From: a virus
Taxonomy: Duplodnaviria > Caudoviricetes
IMG/VR virus record: IMGVR_UViG_3300037467_002055
Location: 18,469 to 82,468 of that record
Length of the DNA stretch: 64,000 bases
Strand: one strand, 5' to 3'
Positions 19,201 through 27,405 of this stretch are shown here, piece after piece (position 1 is the first letter of the stretch; every line of letters starts with the position of its first letter). Position numbers and translations under genes: made by a program. The notes under the pieces are model-generated. The model was not told the origin of the DNA. It did not search any database and was given only the letters and a program-made list of their open reading frames with translations.

Positions 19201-19759
19201 GATGGTCACGGAGGAGAAGGCTCAGATGTTCCTTGATGCGCGAGAGGCTATGTATCCGGTGGCCGGCGCGTGGAAGGAAGGGATTATCGCGGAAGTCAAG
19301 GAGCGAGGCTACGTGCGAACCATGATGGGTGCAGTGCGCCACCTGAGCGATCAACTCTTGAACGGCACCAACTTCGAAAAGAGCAAAGCAGAGCGCCAAG
19401 CCGTGAATTTCTGCGTTCAGGGACCCGCCGGCGAGCAAACAAAGCTCGCGGAGGGGCGCATGTGGAAAGACAACCTGTTCTACGATTTCGATGCCGTTTG
19501 CTATGGGCCCATCCATGATGAAGTGGTTGCTTCTGTGGCAATAAAAGATCTTCACGCCTTCCTGCCTCGGATGCACGCTTGCATGGTGGCACCTTACTCA
19601 ACAATGAAGCTGGAAGTGGTCTCCACGATCTCATTCGGGCCGAACTTCTACCGCCAAACGGAGATCGGCCCGAAGCCGACGCGCGAGGCGATCGACAAGG
19701 GTCTGTCGGAGATGTATGAGGCGATGCGTAAGCGAGGGGAACTGAAGGAAGCAGCCTGA
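16274..19759 (+). CDS. polA: Family A DNA polymerase with fused 5'-3' flap nuclease and 3'-5' exonuclease
   Basis: FEN motifs EGDD, FDNDL, GDASDNIKG. Exo I DIET, Exo II QNVSFE, Exo III YGADD. Pol motif A DFDSQE, B RTLGKKVNF, C IHDE. ATGA-coupled start 16274. Confidence 0.93.
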   Translation: MKRYRRGAVDMSSFMWTMMSWGKDAENGYEVEHEGKKVYINSAAYGYDNTLGRMLDCMKAYKLNPIDVILVFEGQNSKGKRLLIDNQYKGGGESSRPPEAYAEFEKCREMLKTTFRELGAQLMWQDFAEGDDTLAWLAFNTEDDLIVFTFDNDLTALNLHPNAYGARVSTWINEMFEHNKYGLFDYHLVTTYKALVGDASDNIKGCPGLGPKKFEALCEKYGFDGLAEIHAMLLRSDLSPLAEYIGPDDKLLQMILDNAPQVIRCFDLARLRPEWVNTMRQPIHWEAGMVRQLLPTDRDPRLKPWYGRVRLITAASFADACAWARPHIEASRDIALDIETSTPDESDEWLAAIGDPDGVDVFGSTLTGLSLTFGTNNQYTFYFSVDHADTDNIDSEDLRQFIASIPQEKELIIQNVSFELAVLFNAWGARQMDNGYHGFLPNVRDTKFEANYVDENIPTGLKQRSHGTLGYRQETYEETCTITAHPSKLPRGGKLLREEYVYETVGTGRFEPLTEEEIAAGVVPMEIMKTQLVEGEDGEPVVATHTRRYKMRELTAQHVLGYGADDTICTIALHNFYKLFLQLEHSYQVYLQVEIDAAYQHAKNFIDGTEVSIARCKELEREDDATYEKAWAVVREYLIEQGWAGTSPPTYTVDITPAQIKEAYTIVTGEVLDSMMRTPSKIVKFIESTTEHLQFARMLDTLVQANKEGGLSACMEAEEAFNKYVRSYFKGEPQFNKGSPLQMQKLMYEVMGLPIRVRNMPTDAMKKAGIREGTPKTDALAVAYALQDCMPEQKPVLEALKLMGMVTTRRSLYYSKYPYFPHWKDGKIRSQHNQCAAVTRRATESKPNKTQLPKHQKIEGQEAKFREVIRPHRPDAVVVSMDFDSQEMVLIAEQSQDPNMLACFVGENRKSPHSITGLGILLAEHGGGWSYEAFVEALESKTHPQHKLVKDSRTLGKKVNFTAEYLAQAPKVAATLMVTEEKAQMFLDAREAMYPVAGAWKEGIIAEVKERGYVRTMMGAVRHLSDQLLNGTNFEKSKAERQAVNFCVQGPAGEQTKLAEGRMWKDNLFYDFDAVCYGPIHDEVVASVAIKDLHAFLPRMHACMVAPYSTMKLEVVSTISFGPNFYRQTEIGPKPTREAIDKGLSEMYEAMRKRGELKEAA

Positions 19760-19762
19760 TGC

Positions 19763-19791
19763 TTGCCACGCTGCAGCTCCTGGTGTAGAGT
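19763..19791 (+). promoter_or_regulatory. sigma70-like promoter for the downstream HNH gene
   Basis: TTGCCA-N17-TAGAGT. Confidence 0.55.
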
Positions 19792-19816
19792 TAGTTTGTT
19801 TACTTAGGGAGCTGCA

Positions 19817-20482
19817 ATGATTGGGAAAGTATTTGGAAGGCTGACTGTTATCGCCGAAGCGGAGCGCCTCAAGAAGTACGAGAGACGCTTCGTTTGCAGA
19901 TGCGCTTGCGGGGGAGAGAAGACCGTCACAAGACAGAATCTTGTGGGCGGAGGAACCTCCAGCTGTGGCTGCCTGAAGCGGGAAATGCTCCTGCAGCGTA
20001 ACGCAAAACTGGCGACACACGGCATGTCCAAGACTTCGGAGTACCTGGCCTGGATAAACATCCACAGGCGCTGCGGAGATCCGAAGGACAAGGCCTACGG
20101 TCGCTACGGCGCCGTCGGTATCAGGGTCTGCAAACGTTGGCGCACCTTCGAGAATTTTATCTCTGATATGGGGATGAAACCGACACCGGAGCACCAGATA
20201 GAGCGGCGCAAAAACTCTCAAGGCTACAGCCCGGGTAACTGCTACTGGGCCACAACGAAAGCGCAATCCCGTAACAAGTCATCTAACGTGGAAGTTGTGT
20301 ACGGCGGAGAGTCGATGGTTCTCCGAGACGCCTGTAGCCGGGCTGGTCTGAACTACTGGACGGTCTGGAGCAGGATTGACAAGGGTTGGCCGCCGAAGCG
20401 GTGGTTCGAGCCGACAAACCGAAAGAATAACCCCACCCCGCCCGGCCGCCGCGCCGGGCTTCAACCTGAAAGGAAAACATGA
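19817..20482 (+). CDS. HNH-type homing endonuclease
   Basis: FGRLTV, CACG, SCGC, EYLAWINIHRRC, YGAVGIRVC, IERRKNSQGYSPGNCYW. Same family as 15654-16277. Confidence 0.85.
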   Translation: MIGKVFGRLTVIAEAERLKKYERRFVCRCACGGEKTVTRQNLVGGGTSSCGCLKREMLLQRNAKLATHGMSKTSEYLAWINIHRRCGDPKDKAYGRYGAVGIRVCKRWRTFENFISDMGMKPTPEHQIERRKNSQGYSPGNCYWATTKAQSRNKSSNVEVVYGGESMVLRDACSRAGLNYWTVWSRIDKGWPPKRWFEPTNRKNNPTPPGRRAGLQPERKT

Positions 20483-20688
20483 AACCCGAAATCACCATCG
20501 CCATCAGCGGCCCGACCGGCGCTGGCAAGACCACGCTGGCGCAGTACATCGCCGCGGACCTGAAGATCCGCTACGGCATCGACGTCAAGCTGATCGACGA
20601 CGGCCACGAGCAGTCGCTGCCGACCTCGACCACCACCCTGAAATCCCACTTCAAGCCGCAAGTCACCGTCTCCGTGGAGCAAAAATAA
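20479..20688 (+). CDS. Small P-loop-containing hypothetical protein
   Basis: 69 aa with IAISGPTGAGKTT. Confidence 0.6.
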   Translation: MKPEITIAISGPTGAGKTTLAQYIAADLKIRYGIDVKLIDDGHEQSLPTSTTTLKSHFKPQVTVSVEQK

Positions 20689-21566
20689 TGACCTTCAAAC
20701 CCCTGCTGGCCGTCGAGGCCGATTTCGACATCCTGACCTACCCCAAGCTGGCCAGTATCAAGCTGGACGGCATCCGCTGCATCATCGTCGACGGTCAGGC
20801 CGTGACGCGCAGCTTGAAGCCGATCCCGAACGAGTACATCCGCAATCTGCTGTCACGGCCGGACTTCAACGGCCTGGATGGCGAGATCCTGTGTGCCGAG
20901 CCGACCGACCCGGATTGCTACCGGAAGACCAACAGCGCCGTGATGAGCAAGGATGGCACGCCGCCCTTCGTCTTTTACGTGTTCGACAAGCATGATGAGG
21001 ACGCCCATTTCAGGGAGCGCCTCGGCCGGGCCCATGACCTTGCCGCCCAGATGTATGACGTGCGCGTGATGCTGCTGGAGCACACCTTCGTCACCTGCAA
21101 GGAGGAGCTCGACGAATTCGAGCAGCAGGCGGTCGACGCCGGCCACGAGGGCATCATGCTGCGCTGCCCGCAGGGCCGCTACAAGCAGGGCCGCTCGACG
21201 GCCAAGGAGCAGATCCTGCTGAAAGTGAAGCGCTTCGTCGACGGCGAGGCCGAGGTGATCGGTGTGCAGGAGGAGATGGCCAACATGAATGAGGCGACGA
21301 AGAATGCCTTGGGCCAGACCGAGCGCTCGTCGCACGCCGCCGGCAAGGTGGGCAAGGGTACGATGGGCGCCTTGCTGGTGCGCGACCTTGCGACCGGCGT
21401 TGAGTTCTCGATTGGCAGCGGCTTCACCCGGGCCGACCGCGAGGCGGATTGGCCAGTGGGCACGCTCGTGAAGTACAAGTCGTTCCCGGTCGGGGTCCTC
21501 AATAAGCCTCGGTTTCCGATCTTCCTCGGCTTGCGCGCTCGCGAGGATATGTCGGAGGCTGCATGA
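20688..21566 (+). CDS. ATP-dependent DNA ligase
   Basis: Motif I KLDGIR, DGE, FYVFD, EGIML, LKVK, C-terminal OB domain ending PRFPIF. Confidence 0.93.
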   Translation: MTFKPLLAVEADFDILTYPKLASIKLDGIRCIIVDGQAVTRSLKPIPNEYIRNLLSRPDFNGLDGEILCAEPTDPDCYRKTNSAVMSKDGTPPFVFYVFDKHDEDAHFRERLGRAHDLAAQMYDVRVMLLEHTFVTCKEELDEFEQQAVDAGHEGIMLRCPQGRYKQGRSTAKEQILLKVKRFVDGEAEVIGVQEEMANMNEATKNALGQTERSSHAAGKVGKGTMGALLVRDLATGVEFSIGSGFTRADREADWPVGTLVKYKSFPVGVLNKPRFPIFLGLRAREDMSEAA

Positions 21567-21757
21567 AGGTCATCAAGGCGCCTGACACCGTCGAGCTGAC
21601 CGAGCGCCAGGTCCTTGCGGCGCTGGCCGACGCGGTGCGCAAAGAAACCGGCCGCGAGATGGACTTCATCACGCATGCCGAGGTGTTCGATTGCGGGGCT
21701 GTCGACCGGCCAAATCAGAAACTGCTCAATATCACCGTAACCCTGAAAGACGAGTAA
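21563..21757 (+). CDS. Hypothetical protein
   Basis: 64 aa, coupled at both ends. Confidence 0.65.
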   Translation: MKVIKAPDTVELTERQVLAALADAVRKETGREMDFITHAEVFDCGAVDRPNQKLLNITVTLKDE

Positions 21758-22665
21758 TGGAAAACAACTACCTGAACCTCCTACGCGAGATCCTTGTCAA
21801 GGGTATCCGCCAGTCCAATCGCACCGGCGTCGACACGTACACGCTGCCCGGCGCCTCGCTGCGCTTCGATCTGCGCGACGGCTTCCCGGCCATCACGACA
21901 AAGAAGCTGGCCTTCGACGCCGTCAAGGGCGAGCTGATCGGCTTCCTGCGCGGCGCTACGAACGCGGCTGACTTCCGCGCGCTGGGCTGCAGGGTGTGGG
22001 ACCAGAACGCAAACGAGAACAAGGCGTGGCTGGCCAATCCGGCGCGCAAGGGCGTGGACGACCTGGGCAGGATCTACAGCGCGCAGTGGCGCGATTTCGG
22101 CCACACATGGAGCGATCCTGAAGGGCTGCACGGCCATGCCGGCCTGACGATGACTTCGGTGAAGGTCGACCAGATCGCCGTCGCCCTCGACACGCTGCGT
22201 TACGACCCGCACAGCCGTCGCATCCTCGTCAGCGCCTGGAACCCGGCCGAGCTGAACCAGGCCGCGCTGCCACCCTGCCACGTGCTGTTCCAGCTGCTGC
22301 CGCACGTCGATGACAAGGTGCTGCACATGACGATGTACATGCGCAGTGCCGACATGTTCCTCGGCGTGCCGTTCAACATCGCCTCGTACGCACTGCTGCT
22401 GGAGATGTTCGCGGCATGGAGCGGCTACCGCGCCGGCACCTTGACCATGTTCTTCGCCGACGCCCACATCTATGAGAACCACATCGACCAGGTGCATGAG
22501 CAGCTGGCGCGCGAGCCGTACCCGCTGCCGAAGCTGCTGCTGGACATGCCGGAGCGCGCGGTCGACATGGAGCTGGAAGCGCTGCTGCGCCACCTGGAGC
22601 CGCGCCGCATCGCGCTGCTCGATTACCAATCCCACGCGGCGATCAAAGCGCCGATGGCGGTATGA
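21757..22665 (+). CDS. thyA: Thymidylate synthase (ThyA type)
   Basis: RTG, TTKK, SRRILVSAWN, LPPCH, RSADMFLGVPFNIASY (dUMP-specific Asn present), DAHIYENH. Confidence 0.95.
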   Translation: MENNYLNLLREILVKGIRQSNRTGVDTYTLPGASLRFDLRDGFPAITTKKLAFDAVKGELIGFLRGATNAADFRALGCRVWDQNANENKAWLANPARKGVDDLGRIYSAQWRDFGHTWSDPEGLHGHAGLTMTSVKVDQIAVALDTLRYDPHSRRILVSAWNPAELNQAALPPCHVLFQLLPHVDDKVLHMTMYMRSADMFLGVPFNIASYALLLEMFAAWSGYRAGTLTMFFADAHIYENHIDQVHEQLAREPYPLPKLLLDMPERAVDMELEALLRHLEPRRIALLDYQSHAAIKAPMAV

Positions 22666-23114
22666 GCGCCCTCGGAACACGCGGCAAGTGGGCCGAGGGG
22701 AAGGTGCGCGACTGGATGAAGGCGCGCAGCGAGGCTGACAGCCAGTTCGCCTTCCTGCGCTACCCTGACGCCCGGGCCGGTTCGGCCCAGCCGGCGCCGT
22801 CGGACTTCGAGGCCACGCACCGCGGCACGAACTTCAAGATCGAGGTGAAGGAGGTCAAGATCACGACCGTCTCCAGCCGGCGGCTGCCGGCGGCGAACTT
22901 CGCGGCCGACAAGGTGGCGCGCATGCGCAAGTGGAGTCTAGCCGGCTCTCCGGGCTGGGTCATCATCTGCCACCTGACCGAAGGGCGCGGCGGCATGAAG
23001 GAGTGGCGCCTCGTGCCGGTCGCCGAGTTCTTCGAGCGCGCCGCGTCCTGGGACGTGTCGAAGTATCCGGCTTATCCCAAGGTCGAGGACGTGATGGTGC
23101 AGCTGTTTCCTTGA
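22662..23114 (+). CDS. PD-(D/E)XK nuclease, probable Holliday junction resolvase (RecU-like)
   Basis: RYPD...PSDFEAT...KIEVKEV motif pattern and position among recombination genes. Confidence 0.7.
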   Translation: MSALGTRGKWAEGKVRDWMKARSEADSQFAFLRYPDARAGSAQPAPSDFEATHRGTNFKIEVKEVKITTVSSRRLPAANFAADKVARMRKWSLAGSPGWVIICHLTEGRGGMKEWRLVPVAEFFERAASWDVSKYPAYPKVEDVMVQLFP

Positions 23115-23175
23115 CGGCAGGCAAACCTTGCAGCAAAATGGCAGTAACTTTGAGAGGCCCTTCGGGCCTCTTTCC
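23111..23175 (+). promoter_or_regulatory. Promoter followed by a leader hairpin
   Basis: TTGACG-N17-CAAAAT (23111-23139), then AGAGGCCC-TTC-GGGCCTCT-TTCC from 23153. Confidence 0.55.
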
Positions 23176-23196
23176 ACACCCATACGAGAAAATAAA

Positions 23197-24234
23197 ATGA
23201 CACTTACGGTAGTGAATGATTGGCATTTGGGCTGTATCAGGTCGTCAGGAACGACGCCGGCGACGGCCGCCCAGCTGCGCGCCGACCTCCTGAAAGCCGG
23301 CGAAGAGATCCTGTATGGCGTCGAGGGCGATCTCCTCGTCAACGGCGACCTGTTCGATGGTCCGGACATCCCACGCGCGGATCTGCTGCAGGCGGTGCGC
23401 ATCTTCAGCGACTGGCTGACGAGGACCGGGAAGCATCTGTTCCTCGCGAACGGTAATCACGACCTCGACAAGAATAGCACCCGGCTGTCGTCCTTCCAGT
23501 TTTTCGCGCAATTGCTGATCGAGATGTGGGGCCCCGAGCGCGTCACGCACATCGTCGAAGGCACGCGGCTTGAGCAGCATGATGCCTATGTAATTTGTCA
23601 TGTCGCTAATCAAGACCTGTTCAATCTGGAACTGGCCAAGGTGCCGGCGTGTCGCTTCCTGTTCGTGCACGTGAATTACGCGAACCAGTTCGCGGTCGAG
23701 TCCGACCACAGCCTGAACCTGTCGAAGGAACAGGCCGAAGCCCTGCCGGTCGAGTACATCGTGTTCGGCCACGAGCACCAGGCCCGGACCGAGCTGGGCG
23801 GCAAGGTCGTGATCGTTGGGAATCAGTTCCCGTCGTCGATCAGCGACTGCCTGGGCAACACGGACAAGGCGCTGCTGCGCGTCGAGGACGATGGGCGCTA
23901 TGCGCTGCACACGACGTGGCAGGCGCCGGGCGACTACAGCGAGCAGGACTGGCGCTCGCTCGAAGACCGGGGCCGCTTCATCCGGGTGGCCGGCACGGCC
24001 ACGGCCGGCGAGGCCGACAAGGTCATGTCGGCGCTGGGCCGCTTTCGGCGCGAGGCGAACGCCCTAGTTATCACCAACGCGGTGAAGATCGAGGGCGTCA
24101 CCGACGGCGAGGAGCTGCAGCTGTCGCACGAGGACGTCACCATGTTCAACGTGATGGAGGCGCTGCGCGAATACCTTGGGCCCGAGGATGCGGCCGAGGT
24201 CGACAAAATCATGGGAGAAGAAAGTGCTGCGTAA
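23197..24234 (+). CDS. SbcD/Mre11-like nuclease subunit
   Basis: DWHLG, NGDLFD, GNHD, FGHEH metallophosphoesterase motifs, directly upstream of an SMC-like ATPase. Confidence 0.88.
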   Translation: MTLTVVNDWHLGCIRSSGTTPATAAQLRADLLKAGEEILYGVEGDLLVNGDLFDGPDIPRADLLQAVRIFSDWLTRTGKHLFLANGNHDLDKNSTRLSSFQFFAQLLIEMWGPERVTHIVEGTRLEQHDAYVICHVANQDLFNLELAKVPACRFLFVHVNYANQFAVESDHSLNLSKEQAEALPVEYIVFGHEHQARTELGGKVVIVGNQFPSSISDCLGNTDKALLRVEDDGRYALHTTWQAPGDYSEQDWRSLEDRGRFIRVAGTATAGEADKVMSALGRFRREANALVITNAVKIEGVTDGEELQLSHEDVTMFNVMEALREYLGPEDAAEVDKIMGEESAA

Positions 24235-26413
24235 AATTACCCTGTCCCACTTCCGCCAGCATATCGACCGAGAGTTTACTTTCGGTGATGGGATGAATGC
24301 GATTCGCGGTGATAATGAACAAGGCAAGACCACGATTTTTGAGGCCTTCACCTATTTCTGCTTCGGCGTCGGCGCGCTGCGCGAGTCGCTCGAAGACGTC
24401 GTGACCTACCACCACCCGGTCAGCAAGCTGCGCGTCGACTGCGAGATCGAGCACCTGGGCGTGACGTACCGCGGCTACCGCGGCAAGTCCGGCGCCGAGG
24501 TCTCGTTCGGCAACGAGAAGGTCACCGGCCAGCGCGAGGTGACGAAGTTCTTCGAGAAGCTGTTCGGCACGTCAGCCGACATGGCCGGCAAGTTGATGTT
24601 CGCGTCGCAGAAATCGCTGGCCGAGTCGCTCAAGGCAGGCCCGACGGCCGCCGGCAAGATGATCGAGGACCTGGCCAACTTCGACCTGATCGACCGCGTG
24701 GCCGAAGCGATCGCGGCGCGGCGCCAGACCGGCAACACGGCCGGCGTCGAGGGCCGCATCGCGGCGCTGCAGGCGCAGCTGGTCGAGACGCCGCCTGAAG
24801 ACCTTGCGCCGCTGCGCGCCGAGGTGGAGCAGGCCCAGGCTGCCGTGACGGGCGCCGAGCAGGGGCTGGCCGCGCTGCGCACTTCGCGCGCCGAGCTGGA
24901 CGTCGAGCAGGCGCGCCAGATCGAACAGCGCAAGGTGCAGCTCGACCGCCTGATCGAGACGGCCACGGTCGAGATCGATGATATCGAACGCGCGCTGGCC
25001 GCGCCGGCAGTGGTAGGCCCGACCGAGAGGGAACTTGCCGCCGCGCGCGCCGCCGTCGAGGAGGAGAAACTGTACAGCCGTGCGGCCGTGCTGCATGCCG
25101 AGCTGGTATGCGCGGACACGTCCGAGCAGTGGGACCAGAACTTGGCCTCGCTGGAAGCCGAGGTGACGAAGACGCAGGGTCGCGTCGAGATGGAAACGCA
25201 GACACTGAACAGCGTGACGCAGTCGATGACGGATCTGGAGCGTCAGCACGCCGCGGCCATGCGCGACAGTGACGTAAAGATCGCTCAGCTGGAAGGGCGC
25301 CTGATCAAGGAATCGACCTGCGCGCTGTGCCAGAAAGATTTGGCCGACGTGCCGGAAGTGGTGCGCACGAACAGCGAGCTGCAGGCCCAAATCAACGCTG
25401 TCAGGGCGGCTGCGGTCACGGCAGCCGCCGCAGTGCGTGAGCGCCATGCTGAGCTGGAACGCGACCGACTGGCGGCCCGGGAGTCTTTGGCCGAGCAGCA
25501 GCAGTACCTCAAGGATCTGCAGGCCGTCATCGTCGCCAACGCCAAGGTCGAGCAGCTGTACGCGCGCGCCGCCGACTTCATCTCGGTCGACCGCAGCGTC
25601 GTGCCGGGCCGCTGGACGTGGACTGGCCCGGCGATCGCCGGCGAACGTCTGGACGTCGTTGGCGCGCTGGCGAGACTGGAGCGCGCCGCGCGCGCGGCGA
25701 CGGCGGACGCTGCCATGCGCGCCGAGAAGCAGGCCCAGCGCGAGCGCATCAAAGTGCGCCGCGACGCTGACACCCTCGAGCGCGGCAGCCTGCAGCTGAA
25801 GGACGCGCTGGAGACGCTGGATATGGCTCAGCGCCTCGGCGCGGATATTCTCAGCGCCGAGCAAGCGCTTCGCCTGCAGCAGGCGACGTTGCAGCGCCTG
25901 CGGGCCGACCTGAACACGCGGGAAGCCCTTGCCGCCCAGGCTGCACGCCAGCTGGAGCAGACGCGCGCGCAGCTGGACGCCGCGCAGGCCGAGCTGGCCG
26001 CCATGCAGCGCTACAACCTCCTGATCAAGAAGGTGCGTGCGGCGCGCCCGGTCATCACGAACAAGCTGTGGAACATCGTGCTGGGCGGCGTCAGCAAGCA
26101 CCTGTCCGAGATCCGCGACACGCCGTCGACGATCACGCGCGCCGACGGCACGTTCAAGTGCAACGGCTTCCCGGTCTCCGGCCTGTCCGGCTCGGCCGAG
26201 GACATGCTGGGCCTGGCCATGCGCATCACGCTGACACGCACCTTTCTTCCAGGTGCGAACATGCTCCACCTGGATGAGCCGGGCGCAGCGTGCAGCGACG
26301 CGCGCGAGACACGCATGCTGGGCTTGCTGTCGAAGCTGGACTTCGGACAGATCATCATGATCAGCCATAACCCCTTGGTTGACGCCGTAGCTGATCGAAT
26401 TATCACGGTGTGA
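24224..26413 (+). CDS. SbcC/Rad50-like ATPase subunit
   Basis: Walker A GDNEQGKT, long coiled coil, zinc-hook CALC, signature LSGS, Walker B LHLDE, ISHN. Confidence 0.9.
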   Translation: MLRKITLSHFRQHIDREFTFGDGMNAIRGDNEQGKTTIFEAFTYFCFGVGALRESLEDVVTYHHPVSKLRVDCEIEHLGVTYRGYRGKSGAEVSFGNEKVTGQREVTKFFEKLFGTSADMAGKLMFASQKSLAESLKAGPTAAGKMIEDLANFDLIDRVAEAIAARRQTGNTAGVEGRIAALQAQLVETPPEDLAPLRAEVEQAQAAVTGAEQGLAALRTSRAELDVEQARQIEQRKVQLDRLIETATVEIDDIERALAAPAVVGPTERELAAARAAVEEEKLYSRAAVLHAELVCADTSEQWDQNLASLEAEVTKTQGRVEMETQTLNSVTQSMTDLERQHAAAMRDSDVKIAQLEGRLIKESTCALCQKDLADVPEVVRTNSELQAQINAVRAAAVTAAAAVRERHAELERDRLAARESLAEQQQYLKDLQAVIVANAKVEQLYARAADFISVDRSVVPGRWTWTGPAIAGERLDVVGALARLERAARAATADAAMRAEKQAQRERIKVRRDADTLERGSLQLKDALETLDMAQRLGADILSAEQALRLQQATLQRLRADLNTREALAAQAARQLEQTRAQLDAAQAELAAMQRYNLLIKKVRAARPVITNKLWNIVLGGVSKHLSEIRDTPSTITRADGTFKCNGFPVSGLSGSAEDMLGLAMRITLTRTFLPGANMLHLDEPGAACSDARETRMLGLLSKLDFGQIIMISHNPLVDAVADRIITV

Positions 26414-26415
26414 CT

Positions 26416-26925
26416 ATGAAAAGGATTACGCACGATCGCCTACTGGAACTGCTCGAGTACAGTCTCGTATCCGGGCGCTTCTACTGGAAAGTGGCTCGAA
26501 ATAATCGATACCCTGCTGGTCGGCGGGCAGGGTATCAAAACCCTGCATCCAGCGGAGGCAGATCAATGGCAATTTGCATTGACAGCCAGGCATACCGTGC
26601 CAGTCATCTGGCATGGTTTTATGTTACCGGGACCTGGCCGATGGGCATTGTCGATCACAAGGATGGCGACCACACCAACCAGGCCTGGTTAAATCTGCGT
26701 GATACCGACTCGCAGATCAATGCGCAGAATCGCCGGCAGGCATCCACAGCAAATAAGTCATCGGGCCTTCTCGGTGTGTCTCAGGACTCCGACTCTGGGC
26801 GCTGGCGCGCTCGTATATGGGTTGACGGGAAGAACCGATCCGTCGGTACATTCAGCACTAGGGATGAGGCGCATCAAGCGTACCTCAAAGCCAAACGCAG
26901 CTTGCATCCGGGCTGCACAATTTAA
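26416..26925 (+). CDS. HNH endonuclease with C-terminal AP2-like DNA-binding domain
   Basis: ASHLAWFYVTG, VDHKDGDHTNQAWLNLR, GVSQ...WRARI...VGTFSTRDEAHQAY. Confidence 0.88.
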   Translation: MKRITHDRLLELLEYSLVSGRFYWKVARNNRYPAGRRAGYQNPASSGGRSMAICIDSQAYRASHLAWFYVTGTWPMGIVDHKDGDHTNQAWLNLRDTDSQINAQNRRQASTANKSSGLLGVSQDSDSGRWRARIWVDGKNRSVGTFSTRDEAHQAYLKAKRSLHPGCTI

Positions 26926-26935
26926 GGAGAAGCAC

Positions 26936-27187
26936 ATGGACATCGTCCGACATCCCAAGACCAACCACAGTTTCGGCGCGCCCGCCGACATGCAGGACGG
27001 CAGCTGCGAATCGCTGCCGGTTGTCATCGCCAAGGACGAGTACGGCACCTGGGCCTGCTCGTACTGGAAGCCCAGCGGACAGGAACTGGAAGCCCTCAAT
27101 GCCGGCGGCGCCATCCAGCTCGGTGTGCGCCTTGCCGATCATTCACACCCGGTCGTTTCGATGGGCGTCACGAGGGAGCCGGTATGA
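26936..27187 (+). CDS. Hypothetical protein (recurrent phage family)
   Basis: 83 aa, AAGGAG RBS, SYWKPSGQELEALNAGG...HPVVSM. Confidence 0.7.
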   Translation: MDIVRHPKTNHSFGAPADMQDGSCESLPVVIAKDEYGTWACSYWKPSGQELEALNAGGAIQLGVRLADHSHPVVSMGVTREPV

Positions 27188-27405
27188 CCGCCCCGGATCG
27201 CGATGGCTGGATCGAGCTGAACGCCTACTGCGAGAAGTACGGCGAGCGCAAGAACACGGTGCACAAGCGGGTGACCGACGGCTCGTGGCCGCGCGGCGTG
27301 CTCTACTCATCGCCGTCCGGCAGCGTGGCCTATGTGCACGAGGCGCGCGCGGTCGAGTGGCTGCGCCAGCAGGGCAAGTTGCCGGAGTCAGAACAGGCGG
27401 CCTAA
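27184..27405 (+). CDS. Excisionase-like winged-helix DNA-binding protein
   Basis: 73 aa, WIELNAYCEKYGERKNTVHKRVTDGSW pattern. Confidence 0.55.
   Translation: MTAPDRDGWIELNAYCEKYGERKNTVHKRVTDGSWPRGVLYSSPSGSVAYVHEARAVEWLRQQGKLPESEQAA

Noticed and set aside
15600-20482. HNH genes as group I intron-encoded ORFs
   Set aside because: They lie between genes. The flanking helicase, polA and sbcC-like ORFs are uninterrupted, and no intron core was seen.
21757-22665. ThyA homologue as a dCMP hydroxymethylase or hypermodification enzyme
   Set aside because: It retains the dUMP-specifying Asn (PFNIASY) and canonical ThyA motifs. No glycosyltransferase, 7-deazaguanine or purZ genes were recognised in the window.
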